Assembly: GCA_034185265.1 (NCBI GenBank)
Contig: JAXFZD010000009.1
Coordinates: 3,558 to 67,557 of the forward strand
Length of the DNA: 64,000 bases
From: Bacilli bacterium
GTDB taxonomy: Bacteria; Bacillota_I; Bacilli_A; RFN20; CAG-826
Direction: 5' to 3'
Under the pieces are notes generated by a model that was not told the DNA's origin, searched no databases, and saw nothing but the letters and a program-made list of their open reading frames with translations. This document shows, in pieces, positions 25,601 through 34,465 of the stretch (its first letter is position 1; the number at the start of each line of letters is the position of its first letter). The position numbers and the translations under genes are program-made.

Positions 25601-27321
25601 GAAGATAAAGCACCCGCATTTCCTGATACTCTACGCATAGAAGTATCGTGAGTTCCTGGAATATTTATCTCGTTTAATGTACGTTCTCCAGAAATTCCAG
25701 ACATCCAGTTATTACTTGCAACTTTTCTAGAATCTAAAGCGACTTGATCAGAAGTGTTGACAAATGGTTCCTCTAAATAAGGATCAGTTTTCTTAGCTTC
25801 TTCACTAATTACAACTTTATCTCCATCTAAAGCGATTCCCATTGAATCATCGCTTGAGAAGAAAACATTTGCAGGATCTTCGGTGTTAAATTCTTGATAT
25901 CCCTTAGCAACTGCTCCTGTTTTTCCAGATTTGCTTACTCCAATAGTAGAACCTTCTAATGAACCTACAACGTTAAGTAATTTACCATCTTTTAAATAAA
26001 TATCTGGTCCATAAGCAGCAGTATTATAATCAGCTTTAATTGTTCCTTGGATGTTAATTGATTTACCATCTTTATTAAAATAGATAGCTCCACCTTCTGC
26101 TCCCGCAATGTTTTCAATAAAGCTTGCACTATTGATATTTAAGACTGCATCGTCAGAAAGTTGAACAGCGCCACCATTATTTTTAGTAGCTTCATTTCCT
26201 TGGAAAAGAACATCATTAATTGTAGTCACGCCATCTTTAAGTCTAAGCGCTCCACCGGTTTTTTCTGCGATATTATTTATAAATTTAGCTGAAGAAATCT
26301 TAACTTCGCTATCTCTATTAAATAAAGCTCCACCATCTTTTCTAGCGTAATTTCCTTCAATAACTGTATTAGTTTCATAGCTGCAGATTTCAAAATGGTC
26401 ATCATCTCCGCCATCCATATAGATTGCGCCACCGTTACCAGCTATATTGTTTTTGATTGTACATCCGTAAAGTTCAACAGATCCATTTTCAACATCGATT
26501 GCGCCACCGTAATCTTCACATTCGTTGTCAGAAATAACAGTGTCATAGATCTTTAAAACTTCGCCATTAGTATCAAAACTAATTGCGCCACCATCTTCAG
26601 TTTTAGATTTATTATTAGTAATTGTAGATTCTCTAATTGTTAAAGCTTTATCTGCATGAGCATTAATTGCCCCACCATCATTTTTAGCGGTACAGTTAGT
26701 AATTGTTGTTTTTTCAATATTGAAGAAACCTTCATCTGTATTGTAAATAGCTCCAGCAGTATCAGAAGCTTCACAGTCTCTAATCTCGCAGGAAACCATA
26801 GTAAGTTCTCCGCGATTATAAATTGCTCCACCATCTTTACTTGCGTAATTTTTCTCAAAAACAATTTTATCTAGAGTTAAGAATGAACCTTCGTGAATAT
26901 TAATTGCACCACCATGAGTTGCGTATCCTCCAGAAATAATTGAATTTTTATCTTCGGCCCCGTTACGAATTGTTACGATTGCATCGCCTTTAATTTCAAT
27001 TGCGTGTCCGTTAGTCGCACTCTTTTTTCTATTACGATTGATGTTATGTCCATTAAGATCGATGATGAGTTCATTTCCATCAATAACGATTCTGTCATCG
27101 CTATCTCCGCTAGAAACAATATCTTCATCTAAATAAATAGCTGTTTGTTTTTCAGCTTCTTTAATCGCTTTCTTTAGACCTTTCCAGTCACTAACATGAA
27201 CATCAGTCGAAGCTTTAGTCTCATTTGAAGAAGAAGAGCTAACTTTATAAGCTGTAAAAGCTGAAGTTCCTGCTCCTAGAGCAACTAAAGCAACTAAACC
27301 AAGTTTTGAGAGAATTTTCAT
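22603..27321 (-). CDS. Giant multidomain surface protein: signal peptide, beta-helix (GGAIY-type) repeats, PI-PLC X-domain, B-repeat and Cna-B-like domains, helical repeats, C-terminal TM anchor
   Basis: 1572 aa. N-terminal signal KLGLVALVALGAGTSAFTA. More than 10 repeats of ..GGAI[YN].. NEINIPGTHDTSMRR and VRYMDIRLH (PI-PLC catalytic His motifs). FEGWRVGEKLYKPGETYKVTEDTTFVASW (Listeria-Bacteroides-type repeat). DGLRPTSLDLLINGSEV / HLRPNDGELTVALINR (Cna-B-like). C-terminal IIIISSIFGGIALITIIVSIVIVRGGKRKLE. Confidence 0.8.
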   Translation of the reverse strand: MKILSKLGLVALVALGAGTSAFTAYKVSSSSSNETKASTDVHVSDWKGLKKAIKEAEKQTAIYLDEDIVSSGDSDDRIVIDGNELIIDLNGHNINRNRKKSATNGHAIEIKGDAIVTIRNGAEDKNSIISGGYATHGGAINIHEGSFLTLDKIVFEKNYASKDGGAIYNRGELTMVSCEIRDCEASDTAGAIYNTDEGFFNIEKTTITNCTAKNDGGAINAHADKALTIRESTITNNKSKTEDGGAISFDTNGEVLKIYDTVISDNECEDYGGAIDVENGSVELYGCTIKNNIAGNGGAIYMDGGDDDHFEICSYETNTVIEGNYARKDGGALFNRDSEVKISSAKFINNIAEKTGGALRLKDGVTTINDVLFQGNEATKNNGGAVQLSDDAVLNINSASFIENIAGAEGGAIYFNKDGKSINIQGTIKADYNTAAYGPDIYLKDGKLLNVVGSLEGSTIGVSKSGKTGAVAKGYQEFNTEDPANVFFSSDDSMGIALDGDKVVISEEAKKTDPYLEEPFVNTSDQVALDSRKVASNNWMSGISGERTLNEINIPGTHDTSMRRVSGNAGALSSFGFGDQYAITQKRYIKEQLEEGVRYMDIRLHNRKVKTHKFKKNELIDDGENLWQTHGKKEGGTYWAGDENDNLINLNMVLDWVKSFLIRNPSECLILGFTEETYRTEENPIIRDRLKVILEKFIEENPVNPSTGRPFVYLQDNDITKDYTFMPKLKDVRGMILLETEKEWSVGGFRNYKNAGMNTAGQSTGYKVFWDKKRDDVNAFFADPAHKIALPKAGQEWDHKNTLFKIGLNCAPQKWGKLGMPDETPIYHSDHLLPELFWEKEGCFYDIVGQYVGWIKTDGATGKEWSKIWRSNYFEDSAASAQITVKPNLNDDNYKDKTYAVELNSEIKVPDFNYVYDEKANNNYFEGWRVGEKLYKPGETYKVTEDTTFVASWSNKEMTRDVSIQVIFNDCNNIDGLRPTSLDLLINGSEVVNVKEEDSWHATYTGVLDTLVPSWDGIGEGVGGSDTANKYRYELTGDVKKGFVLTLIHTNSAQNYEHISGTIFWNDEDNYDHLRPNDGELTVALINRNTGEELDTHTFSGGDWSYSLGNNLPKYKDGEPIIYQVVIKDTSTWEHKDAYFMSPVGFNFVAIHETIKTNLSVSLRWVDDGTASRPEKVDLHILGDGVEVLSPEITETVEDGLSGWIGQYLLSKYVYPEGKQKEIEYSIALEVEGYEVTISDLGDNNFDVLLVAIGEEERVEEVEHVIELIDAIGEIEYTQECIDAIEEAKTAYDNLSDENKSLVVNDYVLDSAIREFEERFGLLAALDAEIERVCNSILDYSQSERVEELNRLGKETIDLTSEERNMLFNLYLLNNTVIKVASWQDVMDKIDAIGDVYPTEESSNKIKVAQTAYDALSDAEKLLVENHNVLVSAEAEYFAKYFLAQVEDALAQPGASSNIVNALKGIWNEKETPDGTSFREMWNKLSEEAQTLLRDSNAEQSFIDFRDKYVEIEVVHFDGLKPFENGPMFTPRAITESATSVIIIISSIFGGIALITIIVSIVIVRGGKRKLE

Positions 27322-27351
27322 ATAATAGTTCCCTTTCTAATAATAAATAAA

Positions 27352-30300
27352 TTAATTAACCGCCACAGGTATGAAGTTAAGGTAATAAGCGAAAACTCCA
27401 TAGTTATACCAATCTTCATAGTCTAAACAACCAACATTAGTAACATCACCAATACCGGCATAATTTCCTAATGGAGTTCCTACTGCGTTATAAGTAATTG
27501 CACATAAGCCATTTACTGTATCAAAATCGGCAAATGAATAAGCTTTTCCTTTAAAAGCATATGTATAATGACGGTCTGTATCAATACTCCATCCTGCAGG
27601 GAATTTCATATCATCAATTGTATCATCGTCATCTGTAAACCCGCCCATAGAGATAATAACTCCAAGCGTAAATTCCATCTTATCTTGAGGAATTAAGCCA
27701 ATTTGACATAGATATTCGCCAAAATTATAGGCTGTTCCCTTTAAGTTATTGTAAAGTTTAACTTTTAAAGCCATAAGTCTAACTGAGGCTTCGTCAATAC
27801 TTACAAGTTCTGCAGGTTCATCATGATTATATCGATCGTAAGTTTCTCCTCTATTAATAAAGGCTTTTTCTTTCCAACCATGATCATAATCTCCAGTAAC
27901 ACGTACAGCGATTCCATAAGCTTGAATGTCATAAGTTAAATATCCACCAGTAGAATAGCAATAAATTGTCTTATCATCGATATTGTTATGATAGAAACGA
28001 GTATCTGTGAATTCTTTTGCTACTGTTTTATCTAATTCTGTGTAACGAGAAGAGACAATTTCTCCTGCATTAATAAATTGAACTAAATTAAGAATTGATC
28101 TTGCACAGTAATAAGTAGATTCAATTTTGGAAACAATTAAATTGAATTGAGGTTCTAATTCAAAACCAAAATTGTAGACAGTTTCAAGCATGATGCGGTA
28201 GCAATCTAACGGAGTAATTCCTGCGTTAATAGTTGTTCCAAATTCAGTAGAAGTAAATGCTTGAACAAAATTAGTGAAAGTTGCGCTAAAGCCATCTAAT
28301 TTTTCTGCATCAGAGAAATGAGTTTGCATAGCTTGGAAACGTAGAGTCTTGATGATATCTCTAATTGTCGCTTCATCTAGATTTCCATAAGAGAATAAAT
28401 CCACAATTACATCTTCTTCAATTTCTGGATAAACGTGTCCATTATTACCGAATAATCCAATTAAAGAATGATTAAGTTGAGGAATAACGATTGTTACAGT
28501 TTTACTTTTATCAATAGGTTTTCCGTCAATTGATAAAGCAGGATTTCTACTTGGGAAAACTAAATTTCCAGCTCTATCATAATTTAATGTAACTGTAGGT
28601 TCTTTTCCTGCATAAGGATCATAAGAATCAACTACTATGTTATAGAAATAACGGAAATAATCGTTTGAATAAGAAACAATTGCATCTTTTAGCGGCATAT
28701 AGAAATCAGTTGTAAAAGCTTTCCAAGCTGTATGAGCTGCTAAATAATTAGAGAGTAAAGATTGTTGACCAAGTTGCTCAAGTTCAGCTTGGATAACATC
28801 TAATTGATCAATAATTGAGTCTATTTTTTGTTCAATTTCTAATAATTTATCGTAAATAGATGCTAAAGCGGAGAGGATTTTTGTAGTTGGATCAGCGATT
28901 GCTTCAATTCCTAGAAGCTTACTTGCTCCAGCTCTAAGAGTTGCAAAATCTCCAGAATATAAGCCATATCCAATCATTCCGATATTTGTTGCAGCGTTAA
29001 CTAGAGTTTCTGCATCATTAACATCATCGTTCATTTGTGGATCAAAAGTGTTTACTTCGATTTCACTTTTTACACTTCTATAACTTTGATTGGCGCTTTG
29101 AGTAACTGTTCCAGTTCCTCCTCCTGGGTCGACAGATTTGTCCAATTCATATTCTACGACTTGCTTAATTGGAATAATGTCTTGATCTTTATACCAATTT
29201 TTAACAAAACAAGCTTTACTTCCATCTTCAAGTTCAAATTCTGTTAAATCAACATAAGCAATTCCTAATTCACTTAAGTCTTCTGCAGCAATTATAAATT
29301 CTCCTGTAATAGTTGTTACATCAGGAACACTTAAAGAGGTAAGCGAAACTGTGTAATCAGGCATCGTTACGATGAAATCAACATTTTTTGGATAAACTAA
29401 AAATTTATCTAAATTATCTTTAAATGTATTTGTAACTAAGCAATCATGAAGTTTGACGTTGAAAACACCTTTATAATTTACTTCGCTATATTTAAGAAGC
29501 TTTACAGAGATTTCAAGGGCTGGTTCGAATAAATTTATAGAAAAATCTTGTGCTTCGTTACTTGTTAAAGCTTCCTTTTCTACATGAATTTTTACGTTAT
29601 CTAAAAGATCTTTTGCGAGGGCTTCACTTAATGCTTCAGGAAGATGTAAGCGGAATCTAAAAGCAGTAAAATCATCGCTAATTGAGATCATTTCTAAAGA
29701 ATATTTATCGGAAGGAGAAACACTAAAATACTTAATTTCTCCTGCATTAACTTTTTTCATGTAGTCTTCTTTAGATAAATTATCTTCATTCACAAGCTTG
29801 ATATTTTTCATATTAATTGTGAAATCAAGCAATTTACGTTCTTCATCTAGACGGAAAGAAGAAGTATCGATTTCAGCTCTTCTATCTGCTACAGGAATAG
29901 TTGAAGTAACATAGATTCCTTCTTCGTTAGTTTCTCTTGCTAAAGCGATATATCCATTTCCTTCATATAGTTTGCCTTCAGTTTTAATAGAAAGTCTTCC
30001 AGAATTTGAAGTTACACTCTTAACTTTCAAATGAGAAAAATCTCCGTGTAAATAGACCATATTCGGGGAAATATCATCTTTTAAAGAAATTACGTCAGTG
30101 GAGAAATCAAATTCAACGTCTTTTTGTCCATTAAAGAATAATTCTTCGGTTTGTAAAGGAGAATATGCAGGAAGATAATCCTTGTTATATCCTTCAAAAT
30201 AATCTAAAGGTATAAATGAGGCGTAGAGAGATAAATTGCTATTTACTGGGAGAGAAAAATCATAGGCTGTAGTTAAATCTACATCTGTACACCACTCTTT

Positions 30301-30537
30301 AAAAGAATATTCTTCTTTTGTTGGGTCTGCAGGTTTATTAACTGCACGTCCTTCTTCTACTTCTATAGAATTTAATAGAGTTGCACCATCATAAAAGCTT
30401 ACTGTATAAGTTGCTATAGAGCTACTAGAAGCAGCACTAGAAGAACTTTCACTAATTACTTGGCCTCCCCTAGGAGAACTACAAGAAACTAAAGTAAGAG
30501 CAGCTAGAGTAGCAATAATTGAACGTTTTATCTTCAT
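27352..30537 (-). CDS. Large surface lipoprotein with an N-terminal Listeria-Bacteroides-type repeat; rest unknown
   Basis: MKIKRSIIATLAALTLVSCSS (lipobox), YTVSFYDGATLLNSIEVEEGRAVNKPADPTKEEYSFKEWCTD. ATG at 30537 with GGAGG 6 nt upstream; the GTG at 30552 is less likely. Confidence 0.75.
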   Translation of the reverse strand: MKIKRSIIATLAALTLVSCSSPRGGQVISESSSSAASSSSIATYTVSFYDGATLLNSIEVEEGRAVNKPADPTKEEYSFKEWCTDVDLTTAYDFSLPVNSNLSLYASFIPLDYFEGYNKDYLPAYSPLQTEELFFNGQKDVEFDFSTDVISLKDDISPNMVYLHGDFSHLKVKSVTSNSGRLSIKTEGKLYEGNGYIALARETNEEGIYVTSTIPVADRRAEIDTSSFRLDEERKLLDFTINMKNIKLVNEDNLSKEDYMKKVNAGEIKYFSVSPSDKYSLEMISISDDFTAFRFRLHLPEALSEALAKDLLDNVKIHVEKEALTSNEAQDFSINLFEPALEISVKLLKYSEVNYKGVFNVKLHDCLVTNTFKDNLDKFLVYPKNVDFIVTMPDYTVSLTSLSVPDVTTITGEFIIAAEDLSELGIAYVDLTEFELEDGSKACFVKNWYKDQDIIPIKQVVEYELDKSVDPGGGTGTVTQSANQSYRSVKSEIEVNTFDPQMNDDVNDAETLVNAATNIGMIGYGLYSGDFATLRAGASKLLGIEAIADPTTKILSALASIYDKLLEIEQKIDSIIDQLDVIQAELEQLGQQSLLSNYLAAHTAWKAFTTDFYMPLKDAIVSYSNDYFRYFYNIVVDSYDPYAGKEPTVTLNYDRAGNLVFPSRNPALSIDGKPIDKSKTVTIVIPQLNHSLIGLFGNNGHVYPEIEEDVIVDLFSYGNLDEATIRDIIKTLRFQAMQTHFSDAEKLDGFSATFTNFVQAFTSTEFGTTINAGITPLDCYRIMLETVYNFGFELEPQFNLIVSKIESTYYCARSILNLVQFINAGEIVSSRYTELDKTVAKEFTDTRFYHNNIDDKTIYCYSTGGYLTYDIQAYGIAVRVTGDYDHGWKEKAFINRGETYDRYNHDEPAELVSIDEASVRLMALKVKLYNNLKGTAYNFGEYLCQIGLIPQDKMEFTLGVIISMGGFTDDDDTIDDMKFPAGWSIDTDRHYTYAFKGKAYSFADFDTVNGLCAITYNAVGTPLGNYAGIGDVTNVGCLDYEDWYNYGVFAYYLNFIPVAVN

Positions 30538-30599
30538 AATTCCCTCCTTCACTACTTATTTATTAATAAAAAGCAGTATTTTTCTAATATAACTAGACC

Positions 30600-30636
30600 A
30601 TTATACACGCGTGCGTGTCACAAAAGTGTCACAAAT
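30600..30636 (-). promoter_or_regulatory. Direct-repeat operator plus -10 box upstream of the surface-protein operon
   Basis: Plus strand: GTGTCACA (30615-30622) and GTGTCACA (30626-30633), 11-bp period. Gene sense: TGTGACAC-ttt-TGTGACAC, 9 nt, TATAAT (30605-30600). Confidence 0.7.
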
Positions 30637-30655
30637 TACTGTTAAAATTTAAAAT

Positions 30656-32173
30656 TTATTCTTCAACAAGTTCGCTTTCGTTATCTCCAGTATCTTTTTT
30701 AATTGTATAGAGGAAATAAATTAGGATTAATAGACCAATACATGAGAGTCCAATAATCTCAATAATTAATCCATCTAAAGCAAATTTAGAGTTCGGGAAC
30801 ACGTTATCAATTAGACCAACTATATCAACTCCTAAAATTAGTAGCGGCGCAACATATTTAATCATAAAAGCAAAAATAGTCGTGATTTTCCCTAGTCCTA
30901 AACCATCTTCTTCAAGTTTTTTAGCTAAAAACTTAAAGCTAAATAGCTCTTCTTTATTCGATGGCTTATACATAAACAAGCCTACAGATAAAGCAATAAA
31001 TAGCGCGGAAATAGGAATAAAAACTGAAGTAACTATTTGATCTAAAATCTCTAATAAACTTCGATTTCCTATGACCATAGTTGAACTATTATTTAGCGAA
31101 TAGCCTAGCGACATTCCTATAGGAATCGATATTAAAAAGATAAATGTAGCAACAATTAAACAAACTTTCTTTCTTTGTAATTTGTAGCGTTGAATTATGT
31201 ATTGAGCGACAACTTCTATTAAAGAAATTAACGAGGTAATCGCCGCAATCGCTACCATTCCAAAGAACAAGAAGGAAACAATTTTTCCTCCAATTCCTAA
31301 AGTATCAAATATCATTGGCATAGATTGGAAAAGCAAAGCAATTCCATTAACCTGCAAAGTTTGTCCAGTTTCAGCTTGATAGTGATATATAGCTGGGAAA
31401 ATAGCAAGTCCAGCAAGGAGAGCAACTAAAGTATCAAAAAAAGCGACCCACATAACGCATTTTCCGATCTTTACTTCTTTTCCTGAATAAGATCCATAAG
31501 CAAGTAAAGCTCCGACTCCAATAGAAATAGAGAAGAAAGCTTGACTCATCGCACTTAATATTCCTTTAGCTCCTAGGGCAGAAAAATCAGGATTTAGATA
31601 ATAATTTAGTCCTTCCCCAACTCCGCTCCCTAAGCACAAGCAGTAAATAACTATTCCAACTAAAATTACAATTAATGTCGGCATCAAAATCTTACTAGCT
31701 TTCTCAATTCCTTTTTTAACTCCAGCAGAAATAATAACCATGACTAGAGCTAAAAATATCCCAGAATAAAGAATTACTTCTCCAACATTTCCTGAAAAAG
31801 ACAGTAAATTCGTTGGAGTATCTGAGAAAGAATTTAGCGTGTATTTAACCGTATATCCGCCAATTACAACGTAATAAAAAGCTATTAAAAGAGCGGCAAC
31901 TATCGTAACTAATCCAACCCAACCAAGTTTTTTATTTATTTTTTTATAAGAAGTTACGTTATTTGCTTGAGCTCGTTTTCCAATAAAAATTTCTGCTACA
32001 GCTAAAGCTAAACCTAAAACAATTACGCTTAAGATGTAGACAATTACAAAGGCTGCCCCACCATTTTGACTGGTTTTATATGGAAAACTCCAAAGATTCC
32101 CTAGTCCAACAGAACCTCCAGCCGTAGCTAAAATAAACCCTATTCCACTACTAAACCCGTTTTTCTTCTTCAT
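30656..32173 (-). CDS. Sodium-dependent transporter, NSS/SNF family
   Basis: GFILATAGGSVGLGNLWSFPYKTSQNGGAAFV hallmark; about 12 TM segments. Confidence 0.85.
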   Translation of the reverse strand: MKKKNGFSSGIGFILATAGGSVGLGNLWSFPYKTSQNGGAAFVIVYILSVIVLGLALAVAEIFIGKRAQANNVTSYKKINKKLGWVGLVTIVAALLIAFYYVVIGGYTVKYTLNSFSDTPTNLLSFSGNVGEVILYSGIFLALVMVIISAGVKKGIEKASKILMPTLIVILVGIVIYCLCLGSGVGEGLNYYLNPDFSALGAKGILSAMSQAFFSISIGVGALLAYGSYSGKEVKIGKCVMWVAFFDTLVALLAGLAIFPAIYHYQAETGQTLQVNGIALLFQSMPMIFDTLGIGGKIVSFLFFGMVAIAAITSLISLIEVVAQYIIQRYKLQRKKVCLIVATFIFLISIPIGMSLGYSLNNSSTMVIGNRSLLEILDQIVTSVFIPISALFIALSVGLFMYKPSNKEELFSFKFLAKKLEEDGLGLGKITTIFAFMIKYVAPLLILGVDIVGLIDNVFPNSKFALDGLIIEIIGLSCIGLLILIYFLYTIKKDTGDNESELVEE

Positions 32174-32202
32174 AAAATTAAATTTACTTTTTTAAAATTA
32201 TA

Positions 32203-32218
32203 TTCTTCTTAAGAAGAA
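32203..32218. promoter_or_regulatory. Perfect 16-bp palindrome upstream of the NSS transporter
   Basis: TTCTTCTTAAGAAGAA, 30-45 nt upstream of the ATG at 32173. Confidence 0.35.
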
Positions 32219-32297
32219 ATTACTAAAAAAACTAAAAACTATTAACTAAAAATAAAAAGCTCCGCCAAATTTAACTTTAGTAGAGCTAATTTTTTAT

Positions 32298-34154
32298 TTA
32301 TTCAAATCTTTTTTTCAAGACAAGAATATTCTTATCGTTAATTCGATCATAAGCATATTCACTCATGATTTTCTTAACAATTACTAATCCTAATCCGCCT
32401 TCTTCAAAAGCTTTTCCTTCATCAAAAGTAGGATTATTTACAGCTAGTTGGTTGAATTCCTTTGCGTGATCAATGATTGAAATAACAAATTCGTTTTTGC
32501 CTTCATTGAATAGAAGTCTAACAAAAATATCTCCGCCTTTGTTTTGATATCCATGTCTAACTATGTTAGAAAGAAGTTCGTCTCCAACAATTAAAAGTTG
32601 GGTTATAAATTCTTCTGGGAAATTATGAAGATGACCAAAATCATCTATAAAAGATAGCATTTCTTCGATATTTTCTTGTTTTGCGTTAAACTTTCTTTCT
32701 TTATAAGTGTAACTTGTCCCTTGATATTTCATTGTTACAAAGGTTATATCATCGCTTTGAGGAGCATCTTTAACAAATTCACTTATATGATCTTTTATGG
32801 AATGATGGAGCTCAACTGTACAGGTGTAATCTTGCTTATTAAAAACTTTAAGAAATCGCTCCTCACCAAAGAAATCTCCACTAGAATTCCTAGCTTCAGT
32901 AATTCCATCTGTATATAAAGTTAGAGATTCTCCAGGTTTTAAGATAACTTCTTCATCTTTTAAGAAAGAATCTTTAAAGCATCCAAGTAAAAATCCTGAT
33001 CCACATTCAAGAAATCTATAATTTTGATTAGACCCAACTACTGGAGGATTATGTCCAGCGTTGCAATAAGCTACTTTTCCATTTCTTTTATCTAAAATCG
33101 CTAGGAAACAAGTAACGAACATGCTCGCTTTATTTCCTTTAAAAATAGAAGAATTAACTTCTCTTAAGATTTGAGAAGGAGATTTATTTGGTGCAGCAAA
33201 GTCTCTAAAAGAAGTTATAGTTTTCATCATAAACATTGCTGCAGGAACTCCTTTTCCTGAAACATCTCCAATTAAAACCGCGACATGATCTTCATCAATA
33301 TCTAAATAATCATAAAGATCTCCACCAACTTCTTTAGCAGCTTTAAGTTCCCCTACAATCTCAACTTCTTCACTATCAGCAAATTCTTCTGGAAGCGTAT
33401 TAAGTTGAATTTCTTTTGCAACGCTTAGCTCAGTTTTAGATTTTTCTTGTTCGTCATGGATTTTTATTTCGCTATCAAGAAGTTTATAAGTTCTTTTATT
33501 AAGTAAATTAGAGACCATGAAGAATAGCGTTATGATCATTGCTCTAGGGAAGAAATAATAAATTAAGACTTTTATATAGCGGTTATTTCCTTGAGCTTTT
33601 AGTGTGGCTATTAAATCTAATCTTTCCTGAAAAGTTTCGACTGTTCCTATAGTTCCATCAGGTTTAATTACGCCTCCCCCGAATAAATTCTCATCGAATT
33701 CTCCAAAAAACATCCCTAAATATAGACAAATAAGCATCGCTACAATAGAGATTAAATAAACTACTCTTCCAAATGTTGGATTATAGTAATGAGTCGCGAT
33801 TAATACAGCAAAAGGCCAGAATAACAGACTATGTTTAGGCAGCGCAATATTTAGTGCTATGATGACAATTAGTAAAGAAAGCAAAATAAAATATTTATAT
33901 CCAGGTCTTCTAATTAAACTAGTTTTAACTAAAAAAACAGGAATAAGCATTAATATTGAAATAAGAGGGAACATTATATTCACAGCGAGGAAGAAGTGAT
34001 CTGGGATAGTAAAAACCTTTGTGAGATATAAAACCCACATGATTAAAGCTAAAATGCCAGCTGCCATATTTACATATGACATGCATTTATTAGCGTCAGC
34101 TTCGTTTTCGTAATAAGCTCGCTGATATTCATTTTCTTGATTTTTTGTTGCCAT
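32298..34154 (-). CDS. Membrane-bound SpoIIE/PP2C phosphatase fused to an RsbW/SpoIIAB-like HATPase (anti-sigma-type Ser kinase) domain
   Basis: 618 aa. About 6 N-terminal TM helices. PP2C motifs GDLYDY, VLIGDVSGKGVPAAMFM, LYTDGITEA, QSDDITFV. C-terminal LLIVGDELLSNIVRHG and GGLGLVIVKKI. Confidence 0.75.
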   Translation of the reverse strand: MATKNQENEYQRAYYENEADANKCMSYVNMAAGILALIMWVLYLTKVFTIPDHFFLAVNIMFPLISILMLIPVFLVKTSLIRRPGYKYFILLSLLIVIIALNIALPKHSLLFWPFAVLIATHYYNPTFGRVVYLISIVAMLICLYLGMFFGEFDENLFGGGVIKPDGTIGTVETFQERLDLIATLKAQGNNRYIKVLIYYFFPRAMIITLFFMVSNLLNKRTYKLLDSEIKIHDEQEKSKTELSVAKEIQLNTLPEEFADSEEVEIVGELKAAKEVGGDLYDYLDIDEDHVAVLIGDVSGKGVPAAMFMMKTITSFRDFAAPNKSPSQILREVNSSIFKGNKASMFVTCFLAILDKRNGKVAYCNAGHNPPVVGSNQNYRFLECGSGFLLGCFKDSFLKDEEVILKPGESLTLYTDGITEARNSSGDFFGEERFLKVFNKQDYTCTVELHHSIKDHISEFVKDAPQSDDITFVTMKYQGTSYTYKERKFNAKQENIEEMLSFIDDFGHLHNFPEEFITQLLIVGDELLSNIVRHGYQNKGGDIFVRLLFNEGKNEFVISIIDHAKEFNQLAVNNPTFDEGKAFEEGGLGLVIVKKIMSEYAYDRINDKNILVLKKRFE

Positions 34155-34159
34155 TTTAA

Positions 34160-34453
34160 TTATAAAGTTTCAATTTTGATCATGTTTTGGAATCCGACCA
34201 TCTTGAAAATCTCATAGACTGGTTTAGGAGTATTAACTAAACTTGTGTCGTCGTATCTTTGTTTAATTCTTACAATAATTCTTAATCCAGCAGAAGAAAT
34301 GTAGCGAAGATCTTTTAGATCTAAAACTACTTTGCTTGGATTATTTGCAGCTAAAATAGCATCAATTTCTTCTTCCACTGCTTTAGAAGAAGATGAATTT
34401 AGTTCCCCTTCTAAAAATATAGTTAGAACATTATTTTCAAAAACATGTTTCAT
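34160..34453 (-). CDS. STAS-domain anti-sigma-factor antagonist (SpoIIAA/RsbV-like)
   Basis: 97 aa. VVLDLKDLRYISSAGLRIIV contains the conserved phosphorylatable Ser context. Confidence 0.8.
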   Translation of the reverse strand: MKHVFENNVLTIFLEGELNSSSSKAVEEEIDAILAANNPSKVVLDLKDLRYISSAGLRIIVRIKQRYDDTSLVNTPKPVYEIFKMVGFQNMIKIETL

Positions 34454-34465
34454 TTTTTTCTCCTT

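Noticed and set aside
24925-26874. Short ORFs on both strands inside the giant surface-protein gene (24925-25206, 26640-26864, 26656-26874)
   Set aside because: They are shadow ORFs within a well-supported 4.7-kb coding sequence and have no independent signals.
28371-28378. CGACAATT 8-mer (reverse strand) inside the lipoprotein gene
   Set aside because: An isolated 8-mer within a coding sequence, lacking the remainder of the box and any partner box.
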